From positions 44,380,766 to 44,444,765 of the forward strand of contig NC_083403.1 of NCBI RefSeq assembly GCF_020745735.1: a stretch of 64,000 bases of DNA, in the 5' to 3' direction. This document shows, one piece after another, positions 39,190 to 51,464 of the stretch; the first letter of the stretch is position 1, and the number at the start of each line of letters is the position of its first letter. This stretch comes from Hemiscyllium ocellatum. Lineage: Eukaryota. The translations under genes and the position numbers were made by a program. Below the pieces are notes generated by a model. The model made no database searches and was not told the origin of the DNA. It saw only the letters and a program-made list of their open reading frames with translations.

Positions 39190-39735
39190 GACAATAAAAA
39201 AACCAAAAGAACTGCGGATGCTGGAAATGAGAAGCATATTCAGAACCTGCTGGAAAACTCAGCAGGTCTGGCAGCATCTGTGGAGAGAAATCAAAGTTCA
39301 TGTTTCAGGTCCAGTGACCCTTCCTCAGAACTCATGGTAGCTAGGAAAAGTTGGTTTTTATACAGAAGATAGGTTGGGAGAAACGCATAAGGCGATAGGT
39401 GGAGATAAAGCCCAAAAATAGAGAAGAACAGTTGGAACGACAAAGCAGTGGATGACAATCGGCCTAGAAGAATGAATAGCTACTAATGGGGACAATTTAG
39501 TGTATAACAATGGGTGGTGTGTAATAGCAGACCATGTGATAACAATGCCTGGTATGTGGGGTTGGGGTAAGGACATGGGAGAAAGTGCCTCACACCCTAA
39601 AATTGTTGAACTCGATAGTGAGTCCAGAAAGCTGTGGAGTTCCCAAGTGGAAAATAAGGTGCTGTTCTTCCAGCTTATGCTGAGTTTCACTGGAGCACTG
39701 CAGCAAGCCTGAGACAGAGATATTGGCTTTGTCAG
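39190..39735 (-). mobile_element. PLE 3' fragment (GIY-YIG C-terminus plus family-C terminal repeat) in the SMIM8 intron
   Basis: ANISVSGLLQCSSETQHKLEEQHLIFHLGT. Hammerhead-like CTGAGGA-A-GGGTC-ACTG-GACCT-GAAA on the minus strand at about 39296-39332. Confidence 0.85.
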
Positions 39736-40140
39736 CTTTGGGATCCTGCCTGCTATCTGTCCTTAGGCAGTGTACTGGTTTCCATGCCAATTAAGGGGGT
39801 GTCTCTATGAAAATCCCAACAAATGATTGTTTCCTTCTGTGGAATTAGGTTCAGGAGCCAGGAGTAGGGACTACTCCTGTAAACCAATGTGAAAATCCAA
39901 CCCTGCTGGTCTGAGTTCTTTAATTTCCTTTGGTTTGAAAGTACAAAATTTGTCAATATAAAAGAAATTGCTTCTATGAAAGGCAATAATTGTACACTGA
40001 GGCATCACATTTTACAAATTGTTCTCTAAAGTGATATGATAAGTCAAACTTTTCAAAATAGCAATTTTCTTTCACATGACAAAGAAAGTTCCATTTGTTT
40101 TGGGTAATATTTAATTTCTTTCTCTGTGTTCCTGCAACAG

Positions 40141-40299
40141 AATAAACCTGTGATGGCTTTTGGACTGCTGACCATAACACTATGTGTGAGTTACATTGCT
40201 TATTTGAATGCCACTGCTGAAAACAAAGCAGATTTATATGAAGCAATTGACAGTGAAGGAACAAGGTACATGAGACAAAAGACTTCAAAGTGGGAATGA
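40141..40299 (+). CDS. SMIM8: SMIM8 coding exon 2 ([52 protein letters not shown])
   Basis: Strong polypyrimidine acceptor tttctctgtgttcctgcaacag|. Phase 0, single TM segment, [10 protein letters not shown] and KTSKW C-terminus. Joined CDS is 97 aa. Confidence 0.96.
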   Translation, partial: NKPVMAFGLLTITLCVSYIAYLNATAENKADLYEAIDSEGTRYMRQKTSKWE

Positions 40300-41130
40300 A
40301 ATACCAGATGAAAACAGACAAGCAATATTGCTGCCATCAACCTGAAACTGTATAAATGTTATTAGTATTATGTAGTTACAACATGCAGCTAAGAATATAT
40401 GAAACAAATCAGTGCCTCCAGTGTCCTAATGACGTTGAGCCAACTTCTTAGTTAATTTTTCGATTACTTTAGATTCCCAAATAATGTATAAATGTATAAT
40501 TCAGTCTTCAGCTATAGCACCTTCTTGGGAATTGTATTCAAATTATTACATTGTACAGTAATAACATTTGAATTTAAGAATTCCTCCAATTTCTTGCATG
40601 TGATACCATTTACCTAATGTACCTTCTTTTGAAGCGTGTGAGTTCCTCTTTCTGTTATCAAAGCAGTAAGGAGTGTCATTATTTTATGGAGAACTGTGAG
40701 TGAAAGAGACAAAGGGAAAATAACTGTTTGAGAGTCTGTGCCACTCTGGTCAAACAGATTTAGCAGATTATTCTCAGTCTGCCATTATGAAAAGCTCGAT
40801 CTTTAAACAAAACTTTCTTCTTATCTGCAGCCTAAAATTTTTAAGCTGCCTCTCAATTTGCTTGTAATTTTTTTTGGAGACCTTTGCTTTTCATCTTCAC
40901 TGCTAAATTTCTTGACACCCAGATTTTTCTGTTCAAATCCATGTTTGTTGTGTCAAGCGTACTTGCTGCTAATGAACACAATATTTTGAAAATAAACCAC
41001 AATTCCATTAGCATCTGAAGAGAAGAAAACAAATTGTACACTCCAGTTAGGTGCCCTTAGTTACAACTGCCCAAGTTCTGAATCAATTGAAGATACCTGC
41101 TTTGGGATAATTACATTCAAGATCACATAA

Positions 41131-41441
41131 AATAAAGATTATGTTTTGTTTAACTTCTCAGGTTTCTTCTCAATGTTCTGGATTTCTTGAAATGCTTCTG
41201 TTCTATTAGAAAGTACTATTTAAAGTAGTTGACAAGAAGTAGGATATTCACTAAATAACAGCACAATGTTCAGAACTGATTCATTTGGATATCTACAGGA
41301 CTAGGAAAAGGACTTAAATTTGAGGATTAGTAATTTCATTTGCTTGATTTTGAGTAATTTGTACAAATTTGCACTTTCAGCCTTGTGCTTTGCCCATTGG
41401 GAATTTTAGTACAATGGTCATCAAGTCAAATATAAAATAAA
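41131..41441 (+). terminator. Candidate SMIM8 polyadenylation signals (AATAAA at 41131-41136 and 41436-41441)
   Basis: AATAAA hexamers at the end of an AT-rich, repeat-poor stretch after the SMIM8 stop codon. Actual usage is unknown. Confidence 0.4.
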
Positions 41442-41534
41442 TGTGCAAGAATTACTTACAGGTGACAGTAAAATGATAGATTATTCATTGACGACATCCA
41501 GTTTCAGAATTAGTTTTGTCAGCAAAGTTGAATA

Positions 41535-41890
41535 TATGGCACAGTGGTTCAATGATTAGCACTGCTGTCTCATAGTGCTGGGGACCCAGGTTTGATTCCA
41601 CCTTGGGTGACTATGTGGAGTTTGCACATTCTCCCCATGTCCACATGAGTTTCCTCCCAAAATCCAGAGATGTGCAGGTTAAGTAGATTGGCCATGCTAA
41701 ATTGCCCTGTAATGCCCAGAGATGTGCAGGCCAAGTGGATTAGCCATGAGAAATGAAGGGTTGCAGGGATAGAGTGTGTGTGTGTTGGGGGGGGGAAGGG
41801 GAACGTTGCTGAGTGGAATGCTGTTTGGAGGGTCGGTGTGCACTCGAGAGGCCGAATGGCTTGCTTCCACACTATAAGGATTCTGTGATA
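41535..41890 (+). mobile_element. HE1-type SINE
   Basis: tRNA-like head, V-domain and CR1-like tail. Confidence 0.85.
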
Positions 41891-42799
41891 TTCCACTCAG
41901 GCCCCTCATCTCTAAGTCATTGTTTAAAATGTAAATAGCTTAAACCCAACCAGTGACTGTTGTAGCACCTTACACTCTGTTATACTGAAGGGAGCTGATG
42001 AATTGCTGCTCTGTTTCCTACAATTGACCAATTCTCAAACCACACTAATATTATTCCCCTATCTAATGAGTCCAAGTTTTGCGTCATAACCTGTTGTCAT
42101 AGCTTATCAAATACTTTATGAAAATCTAAGCAACATCATAATCACTGCTTCCTACTTTTTCATCTTACTGGTTGCATCCTCAAAAAAAAACTCAGTTGAT
42201 TTGTCAACCAAATTTCCCTTCCATAAATCTGTGTTAGCCCACTAAATAAGTATGATTTTCTCAGTGAATAATAGGTTGAACCATTTTCCTGACATACCAG
42301 ACTAACTGAGCTAGAGTTATTGGTTTCCTCTCCTCCTCCTAACTTGGATAATGGAGTTGTTCTTTTGATCTTCCAATCCCCCTTTAGGAGTGTTCTAAAG
42401 TCTAAGGAATTCTGGAAAAGCAAAACCTCTATTGCCACTTCCTTTAAAACCCCAGGATGTAGGCCACCAAGTCCAGGGGATTGGTCAGATTTTAGTTTGC
42501 CCGTGTTGATTGACTGGCAGGTCTGCAGTCAGCATTTGCCACACAGTTAGTAGTGGTGTTATTTCCACAAGACATCAACCCTTTTTAAAAATGGTTGTGA
42601 CCCTATTAGATGAACACTTGGGAGTTTTCCCAACTCCTGGGCTAATCTGACTCAAATCAATGACAAACAAATTATTATTTCATGGTTTGTTAGATTCTGC
42701 GCTGCTGAAATTGTTGATAACTGTTTCTGAACATAATGGTATCTATGAGTCAGAAAATGTATTTATTGGTTGTAAAGGTGAAGGCATGTTCAGAGGCTA

Positions 42800-45124
42800 T
42801 ATAACACTACCCGTGAACTAAAAGCATTGATCAAGACTTTTGATCCAGTCCTTCAGAGTTCCCTTCGCACCTTCATCCCACATATTTCTCGTGTAGGTGA
42901 TTCTGTTGCCTTCTGAAGGTACACAGAGCCAGAAAACCAGGACATCCCATCGTATCAGGCAATGGGACCCTGTGTGAGAACCTCTCTGGCTATGTCAAAG
43001 GCATCTTGAAACCCATTGTACAGGGGACCCCCAGCTTCTATTGCGACACCACAGATTTCTCACAGAAACTCAACACCCATGGACCAATCGAACAAGGAAC
43101 ATTCCTGGTCACAATGAACGTTTCAGCACTCTACACCAGCAGCACCCATAATGACAGCATCGCGACAGTACTCAACACCGACAACTGCCAATCTCTGAGT
43201 TTCATCCTACAACTCATCTGCTTTATCCCCGACCACAACATTTTCACCTTTGACAATCAGTTCTTCATCCAGACACACAGAACAGCCATGGAACCAGATT
43301 TGCACCCCAATATGCCAACATTTTCATGCACAGGTTCGAACAAGACTTCTTCTCTTCGCGGGATCTCCAACCAACATTGTACACCAGGTATATTGACAAC
43401 ATTTTCTTCCTCTGGACCCATGGCGAGAAGTCGCTGAAACAACTACACAGTGATATCAACGAGTTTAAACCCATCATGAAACTCACCAGGGACTACTCTC
43501 TACTATTCATTCTTGGACACGTGCATCTCCATTAAGCATGTGTACCTCAGCATCTGACTCTATTGCAAACCTAAGGATTACCTCACAATGCTACACTTCT
43601 CCAGCTTCTATCCAAAACATATCCCCTATGGACAAGCCTTGCGCATACATAGGATCTGTTCAGATGAGAAAGAACATGATGAGCACTTGGAAGTACTCAA
43701 GGATGTCCTCATAAGAACGGAGTACAACGCTGAACCAATCGACCACCAGTTCCGACATGCCATAGCGAGAAACCGTAATGACCTCCTCAGGAGACAGACA
43801 CAAGCTGCAACCGACAGGGTACCCTTCATTGTTCAGTACTTCCCAGGACCCGAAAACCACGCCATGTTCTTCGCAGCCTGCAACACATTATCGATGAAGA
43901 TGAGCACCTCGCCAAGACCTTCCCCACACCCCCACTGCTCGCCATTAAATAACCACCAAGTCTCAAACAGATAATTTTTCGTAGCAAACTGCCTGCCCTT
44001 CAGGACAGCACCATACAACCCTGTCATGGTAGGCTGCAAGACATGTCAGAGTGTGGACATGGATACCACCATTACGCGTGGGGACACCTCCCACCATGTA
44101 TGTGGCAGGTACTCATGTGACTCGGCCAATATTATCTATCTCATATGCTGCAGGCAAGGATGCCCTGAAGCATGGTACATTAGTGAGACCGAGGAAAGGC
44201 TATGGCGATGGATGAATGGACACCACACAAAAATCAACAGACAGGGGTGTTCCCTCCCACTCAGAGAACATTCAGCGGTCTGGGACATTCAGCCTCGGAC
44301 CTTCGGGTGACCATCCTCAAAGGTAGACTTCAGGACAGGCAACAACGCAAAGTGGCTGAGCAGAGGCTGATAGCCAAGTTCGGTACCCATGCGGATGACC
44401 TCAACCGGGACTTTGGGTTCATGTCACACTACAGATGACCCCACTGCACTAACACACACACACACACACACTCTACTACAGACCCATATACTCACATAGA
44501 CCCTCTCTCATATGCAGGCTCTCTCTCATACATTCACACATACACACACCCTATACACTCACCCTCTCACAGAGTTATACCTTTTTATATTCACATACAT
44601 ACACACACTTTCTCACAGACACACACACCCACCCCCCATGCATACACACCTGCGTATAAGTTTGTGGGGTGAATTTATACTTGCAGAATTACATTTTATT
44701 CTACTCAAAAACTGCGTTAATCCATGTAAGACTCTGTAAATCCCTTTTTATGAAGTAGAACCTGTCTGAAATTGGGGCACAGAGAGCCTCACACAGGCCA
44801 CTTCACACATTTCATGCATTATCTGAGCTGACATGGCACCTATTGTTAAAGTTCACTTCAGAATGTAACTTTTAAAAAAGTTTTGCGACTTACATATGAA
44901 AGAACCGAAACTAACATGGTCATTCTAAAAGATGAGAGACTTAAACAATCCAGGTCTTTTTCAATATATCATTTCAGTTGCATCAGACTGTAAACTTTTG
45001 CTATAAATTCTGTGTCTTATGATCTTATCCTCGACAATCACCTGATGAAGGAGCAGCACTCTGAAAGCTCCTGCTTCCAAATAAACCTGTTGAACTATAA
45101 CCTTGTGTTGTGTGATTTTTAACT
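42800..45124 (+). mobile_element. Second Penelope-like family (B), decayed RT-GIY-YIG with CA-rich 3' region and hammerhead-bearing terminal repeat
   Basis: LVTMNVSALYT, RYIDNIFF, IPYGQALRIHRICS, CKTC, NIIYLICCRQGCPEAWYISET. CAC-CTGATGA-A-GGAGC..-GAAA-GCTC at 45039-45070. Confidence 0.92.
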
Positions 45125-45329
45125 AAATGTAAATTGTTAATTCTTTTCCTGAAAATAGCTCAGAAACCTTATCTTTGTGACTGAACCTGACCCAGTAACA
45201 ATTGCGGTTTTTTTAACAATGAGAAAAAGTGAATGTGTAGTGAATATAAAGTTTGAGAATCTGGCTGACAGGACAGGAACGTCTTCAGAAATAACTCTAC
45301 CAAATTGTTGCAGTTTCCAGACAAATGTC

Positions 45330-46130
45330 ATAAAGGTCTACAGAATAGTAAAAGCCTTTTGACCCATCGAGTCCATCCTGGTCCCCTATTCTTATCCAAT
45401 TCTCCTGCATCTGGCTCAGAGTCTTGTATGCTTTGGCATTGCAAGTGGACATCTACATTTTTAAGTGTGTGGAGGGTTTCTCCTCTCCCATCCTTACAGG
45501 CAGTCAGTTCCAGATTCCCACCATCTTGTCTAAATCTTCTGTCCCTTCCCGTCAACCTTTACCCCAGGTCATTGATTCCTGCACCAAGGCGAAGAGTTTC
45601 TTCTTGTCTATGCCTCATAATTTTATCCATCTCATTCACAGCTCCTCCTCGATATCCTCTGATACAGGGAAAACAAGCCCAGTCTGTCCAATCTCTCTTC
45701 ATCACTAAAACTCTCCACACAACTCTTGGTAAATCTTCTCTGCACCCTCTCCACTGCTACCACATCCCTCCTGTAATGTCGATTCCAGAACTGAACACAG
45801 TACTCTAGCTGTAGCTTAAACAACGTTTTGTACAGTTCCAGCTTAACCACCTCGTTCTTAAATTCTGTGCCTCGGCTTATAAAGGCACGTATCGCGTAAG
45901 CTTTCTCACTTTACCTCACTGTCCTGCAACCTTAATGCACACCAAGGTCCCTTAGTGCTTCCCAAGGTCCTCCAATTTATCATGCATTCCCTGGCATTGC
46001 TTGTCCTGCCCAAGTGCATCACCTCAGACTTAGTCAGACTGAATTCCATTTGCCACTGACCTGCCCATCTGACGAGCCCCTCTATATTCTCTGTAATTTA
46101 AGGCTATCTCTCTTGCTATTCACCACCTCT
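45330..46130 (-). mobile_element. CR1 3' fragment
   Basis: ELYKTLFKLQLEYCVQFW..ERVQRRFT..RLDRLGLFSL. Confidence 0.85.
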
Positions 46131-47049
46131 AATTTGTTTTAGACAAAGTCATCAAGGGCTACATGCAAATGTGGAATTCAAAACACAACAGATCAACCGT
46201 GATCTCGTTGACTAGCAAAGGAGGCTCAGGAGTTAAGCTGCTGGCATTATGTATCATTGTCACTGGCCACACTTTTAATAGGAGGCTCCAAATGAAAGGT
46301 TGGTACGGGAGGGTTTTGGTGGCTTTGATAACAAAAGTGTTGGAACTTTACAGAAATACATTGAAAGCCCATGAATGTAATAATGAGTCTACTGCACCTC
46401 TCAGTTGCTCTTTCTGTTATCTTTGCTGAGCTTAATGCTAGCCAGTGATTAAAACAGGAGGTAACTTGATAATACTGAAAACCGATGTGTTCAGAGCTGC
46501 ATAAAATGTATAGGTCAGCATGAAGCCGATAGATTTCCACAAATTTAAAACATCAAGGCATAGGAGATAATGCAGGAAAATAGTACTGTAAGTAGAAAAT
46601 TAGCATGATCTCATTGAATGGCAGGATAACCAATTCCTGCTCCTGTTCTTAACAGTCTCATTCTTAACTTTAATGAATTTCTTAAAGTGAAACCTATCTA
46701 CGCACAATAGCCACCAGAGGGAGGAAAAGTGCTAACTTTATTTTGAAAAATTGTATTCAGAAAGGAATAGGGAAGCTGTGAAACTCTGTAGATGTCAGAT
46801 GTCTTAAATAAAATTCCGAAAAGGTTTGAGACACTCAGCTTTGAAAACTTGCATGGGGAGAGAAAAATGCAGCAAATGTTTCATGGATTCTAATCCTCCA
46901 CCGGCACTTCCCGACCTGCTGAATATTTCCGTGGTTTTTGCTCATTATGAAGAACAGAATTGGTGTTCAGTGGAAAATAGCCCACTGGCAGCAATGACAT
47001 AAGTCCATTTGGGTAATTTCAAAAACTCATAGTTTGTGATCACTCCTGC

Positions 47050-48340
47050 TGTTAACTCTCCTCCCTCCAGACTCACCATAATTTTTTGAAAGGAAAATCC
47101 TTCTCAACATATCTATTAAGTTTTTTGAGGAGCTGTGTAGCAGGGTAGATAAGAATGGCTTGTATTGGGATTTTCTACACGCATTTGTTAAAGCGCCAAG
47201 CAAAGTTATTGCACAAGACTTGCTCATGGGCTCCAGTTGTGGCATGAATTGAGATGTTGGCAAACAAGAACAAAAAGGAATCTGAATAAATGGGTCAGGA
47301 TGGCAGACTGTTACTCTTGGCCTGCCAGCTAATTACAATCTGTATCAATGATTAAATGACAGGACCCAATAAGACCCAAAATTGGCTGAGGGAATCAGAA
47401 ACAGAGAATAATGGTTAATGGGTTTTTTTTGAGGGGGAGAGGGCTGTGGAAGGCTTGTAATGGAACTCCTGAATCACTGTTGGAACTCCTGTTTTTCTTC
47501 ATATTAATGATCCAGATCTTGAGGATCTCAGTGAAATGGACAAATCCAAAGCTTGTGGTTGACACAAGACGAGGGAAAATTGTAAACTGTGAGGAGAAAC
47601 ATTTATTAGCTTCAAAAGGACATTGACACATTGGTGGAGTGGGTAGATAGGTGGCAGATGAAGTTCAGTGCAGAGAAATGTGAGATGTTATGCTTTGGTA
47701 GAAAGAGTAGAGAGACAGTAGAAGATAAAGGGTACTATTCTAAAAGGTGTGCAAAAACAAAGATACCTGGGTGTACATGTATACAGTATAAGTCATTAAA
47801 GGTGGCAGGGTAGAGAGAGCTGTTTCTAAAACCTATGGTAGACAAGCAGAAGGCTAGAACACAGCAAGCTAGGCAGCATCAGGAGGCAGCTTGCTGAGTT
47901 CTTCCAGCCTCGTGCTTATCTATCTTGGATTCCAACATCTGCAGGGTTTTTTTTGTCCCTAACATTGTTACTAAAACATACAGCATTCTGGGCTTCATAA
48001 ATAGGGCATGGAGTACAAAAGCAGGGAGGATATGATGAACTTATATAAGACACTGGTTAGACAACAGCTCTCTGTAGTTCTATAGGAAGGATGTAAATGG
48101 TATAGAGAGAGTTTTATGAGAATGGTTACAAGGATAAGGCACTTGAGGATAGGTCAGAAACGTTGGGACTATTTACACTGGACTGGAGGGGTTTAAGAGG
48201 TCGTTTGATAGTTTTCAAGACTCATGCCGGGTCTGGACAGAGTAGGTGCAGAGAAAGTTTTCCTGCTCATGAATGGATTGAGAAGCACTTTCAAAAGCAA
48301 GTATGAGGTGAGCAAAAACTTTTTCACAGCAGCTGGGAAT
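47050..48340 (+). mobile_element. Old CR1 RT fragments with a small PLE palindrome (about 47838-47960)
   Basis: EWVDRWQMKFSAEKCE and YKTLVR remnants. Inverted gcagcatc/cagcaagc arms. Confidence 0.7.
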
Positions 48341-48368
48341 GTTGGCCTGTGAGAAGACACTGACAAGG

Positions 48369-48651
48369 GGTGGCACGGTGGCTCAGTAGTTAGCACTGCT
48401 GCCTCACAGCACCAGGGTCCCAGGTTCAATTCCAATCTCAGGCGACTGTGTGGAGTTTGCACATTCTCCCTGTGTCTGTGTGGGTTCCCTCCAGTTTCCT
48501 CCCACGGGCCAAAGATGAGCAGGTAAGGTGAACTAGATTGCCCATAGTATTAGGTTCATTAGTCAGAGGGGGCTGGGTTACTCTTCGGAGGGGCGGTATA
48601 GACTTGTTGGACCGAAGGGCCTGTTTCCATACTGTAGGGAATCTAATCTAA
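48369..48651 (+). mobile_element. HE1 SINE
   Basis: gggtggcacggtggctcagtagttagcactgctgcctcacagcaccaggg head and aatctaatcta tail. Confidence 0.92.
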
Positions 48652-49849
48652 TTGCAGTGACTACCCATCACTGTATTTTGCAGATGCATCTCAGATGATA
48701 CTTCTCCAGGGATATGAGGTGTCTGATGTATATTATCGACCTCTCTGAATCACACAGAAGAGCTGTGGCCCAGTAGACTATGAGCATAGTGCTGTGTTTG
48801 AGGTCTTTGTCATGAAACACTATTTCTTTGATAGCCACAAGATGCACTGGACCACCAGAAGACACATGGACACAATGACTGCCCTTGCTGATAGGAGGCC
48901 CCCATGGTGTGAGAATTGATTCACAGTGTTCAGGGGCTTTCCATGGATCTTAATTGGCACGAGTCAGGAGTGTGAGGAACTAGTCCCCAGAATGAGTGCA
49001 GCTTCAACAATACTCAAGAGGTTTGACACCGTCCAGGACAAAGCTGCCCATTTGGTACCACATCCACCATCTTCGATTTTCATGCCTTTCACCACCATTG
49101 CACAGTTTCGGCAGAGTGTACTATCTACAACATACAAGGCAGCAAACCACCAAGGCTCCTTAAGACAGCACCTTCCCAATCCATGACCATTACCATCTTG
49201 AACGACAAGGGCAGCAGATGCCTGGAACACACCAACTCCAAATTCCTTTCCAAGTCACACAGCATCCTGACTTGGAACTACATCACCGTTTCTTCACAGT
49301 CACTGGATCAAAATCCAGGAACTCCCTCCTTAACACTGCTGTGAGTGAACCTACACCATTAGGGACTGCAAGGTTAAGAAAGCAGCCCACCACAAAGGGC
49401 ATTGGTAATAAATGCTGACTTCGCCACTGAACTCACATCCCATCAATAACCAAGGACTGTCCACATTCAACCTTGGACCAGGCTGCCAGGAAGTTGTCTG
49501 CTCTTCTGCTTCTATCCTTATTACCTCCCCTTCCCCACCCCTCCTCCTCAATTTCAATCCGTCATTTTTTTCCTTCTTGCTACCTTTCCTTCCCTCCCTA
49601 GCCTTCTCATCATCACTTATTTCCCACACCTCCCCAATTCAACCTCAATTTTCCTTTTTACCTACCTCTGCATCCCTCCTGTCCTCCTCCCCCAACCCTT
49701 CCTTTTAGGTCATTCATCTGCTCTCTGACAGCTCCCCGCCCCCCTCCCCATCCTTCCTTCTCTCTCTCTCTGTGGGTCTCTCATCCACTCTCCCCCACTG
49801 CCATTATCCGCCTCTGTGTCTCAGTCTTCATTTGTCCCTGTCCAGCTCA

Positions 49850-50040
49850 CTGGAGCAACGTCACTGTGACAATTGCTAGTCTTGAACCAGGACCCGTTTC
49901 CCTGGTCACCGTGAGCCACATGTCTGTCTGCTGGGCACCCAGACATCAACATTAAAGTCTTATCAAGCCGAGATGAGCTTTTGGTTTGCATCGGGGATAG
50001 TATCCCATCTGTAGGGTCGGACGAGTTAACTGGAAGGAAT
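49850..50040 (+). promoter_or_regulatory. Putative C6orf163 proximal promoter (CRE half-site, RFX X-box-like motif, MYB motif)
   Basis: ACGTCA 49858-49863, GTTTCCCTGGTCAC 49896-49909 and TAACTG 50027-50032, all within 260 bp upstream of the ATG. CpG/GC-rich sequence extends into intron 1. Confidence 0.4.
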
Positions 50041-50109
50041 CTCAATCCCCCTCCTTTATTTAATCCCTCCTTTATTATTATTTTTAAATATATCTATATC
50101 TGATCTCTA

Positions 50110-50248
50110 ATGGACACTTGGTGCTTCAATATCGGATCTAGGAAGGCTCTGCTGGTTACACCAGATGGAGGGACCCCTGGACTGCCCACCTGGTACAAGG
50201 AGCCAACTCACGCTTTGATTCAACAAGATGCCCACAAGTGTATACTGG
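50110..50248 (+). CDS. C6orf163: C6orf163 homolog coding exon 1 (MDTWCFNIGSRKALLVTPDGGTPGLPTWYKEPTHALIQQDAHKCIL-G)
   Basis: ATG preceded by in-frame TGA at 50101. Ends HKCIL (human HKDIL as recalled) with phase-1 donor CTGG|gtaaga that matches the phase of the next exon. Confidence 0.75.
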
Positions 50249-51369
50249 GTAAGAACCGCAAGTGGTGACAGTCACACCGGGGCAGGGGGCAGGTGGGAGA
50301 TGCTGCAATGCCTCTGGGTGTGTCTGAGTGCGGCTCCGAGAGGGCCAGGGGTGAGTGAAGCTGCAGAAAGTGGGGCTCAGCTTTCTGGTCCCCCCCCCCG
50401 CCCTGCTGCCGGTTCAGTGGGATCCCGGGATTTCACCCTGTCCGGAGCTGGAGCGGGTTTTGAGAAAGTGCTTTTCCGAAGGCACGCAGAGCAGGCTCAT
50501 CACAAAGATCCAGGTGGGATTTGCTTGGTTTTCCTCAGTGCGGGTGAACGGGGCTATCCGTTCCTTGAGCAGTCTTGGATTAATCAAAACTGGGCAGTCC
50601 GCACACTCCTTCACATGATTCACCTCGTGTTGGCAATTCCTCGCAAACCGGGGAAAAAAATTGATTAAAACTATCACGGTTGACAAATAATCACAGGGGA
50701 AAGCAAAGGGCAATACCTAACTGATAAGGTAATGCCGCACTTAACGTTTGTACTAAATAATTAACATATAATTTATATGCAAGCTAATTATACAATGGAA
50801 GGTTATTGGTTAGAAAAAGTCTGTTGTCCCTGATAATAATTACACTTGCAAATGCTTGAGTAGGCATTTTGTCCAGAATCATTTTTTTATCAATGACATG
50901 ATGAATCAAACAACTAATTTTTTTTCAAATGATTTACATATTTTGATCTGAGTTTGAAGGACAATTTCAACACCATTTTTTTCTTGCCATAAAAGATGTC
51001 AAGTTGTTCTCATTTCCATTGCACTGCGTTTTCTTTAAAGTACCTCCTGGCCTTGGGAACATGGTCTGAAGTATATGGTTAGCAATCCCATGTTCTTTAA
51101 TGGTACTGAGTTCCATTGTTCCATCACTCTGCCTTGATCTCAAATGCCACCCCTGCTATTAGACTGCCGGGAGATCTGTAACTTCATCCAGTTCAAACAG
51201 TGTGAAGCCAGTATTCTCTTCAGTCATCACTGATAAAAACAACTGAGTACATATTCTTCAGACAAACATTAGACACAAAATCCACATTTGCATCATAAAT
51301 GTGTTTTGTGCTCATATCGACGGTACTTTAAAAGCCATACATTAAAATACTGTTTTTCTTCTGTTACAG

Positions 51370-51464
51370 GTCTGGGATCACAGATTCATGACAAATACAT
51401 GGAGGAGGCTAGGAGTGACATTAAGCAGATTGTGGATGAAGTGCGAGCAACAATGTTATTTTGG
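51370..51464 (+). CDS. C6orf163: C6orf163 homolog coding exon 2 (G-LGSQIHDKYMEEARSDIKQIVDEVRATMLFW)
   Basis: Acceptor ttttcttctgttacag|, phase 1 to 0. Donor TGG|gtataa gives a 32-residue segment colinear with recalled human DIGANILKK...VWAQ. An alternative phase-0 donor GAA|gtgcga follows 51440. Confidence 0.75.

Noticed and set aside
48369-48440. tRNA genes at SINE heads (also about 19470-19533, 31243, 41535, 10060-10150)
   Set aside because: A/B-box-like heads run straight into SINE bodies, with no complete cloverleaf.
50228-50713. ORFs of 146, 87 and 99 aa in the GC-rich region
   Set aside because: No recognisable domain. They overlap C6orf163 intron 1 and are expected by chance in GC-rich DNA.
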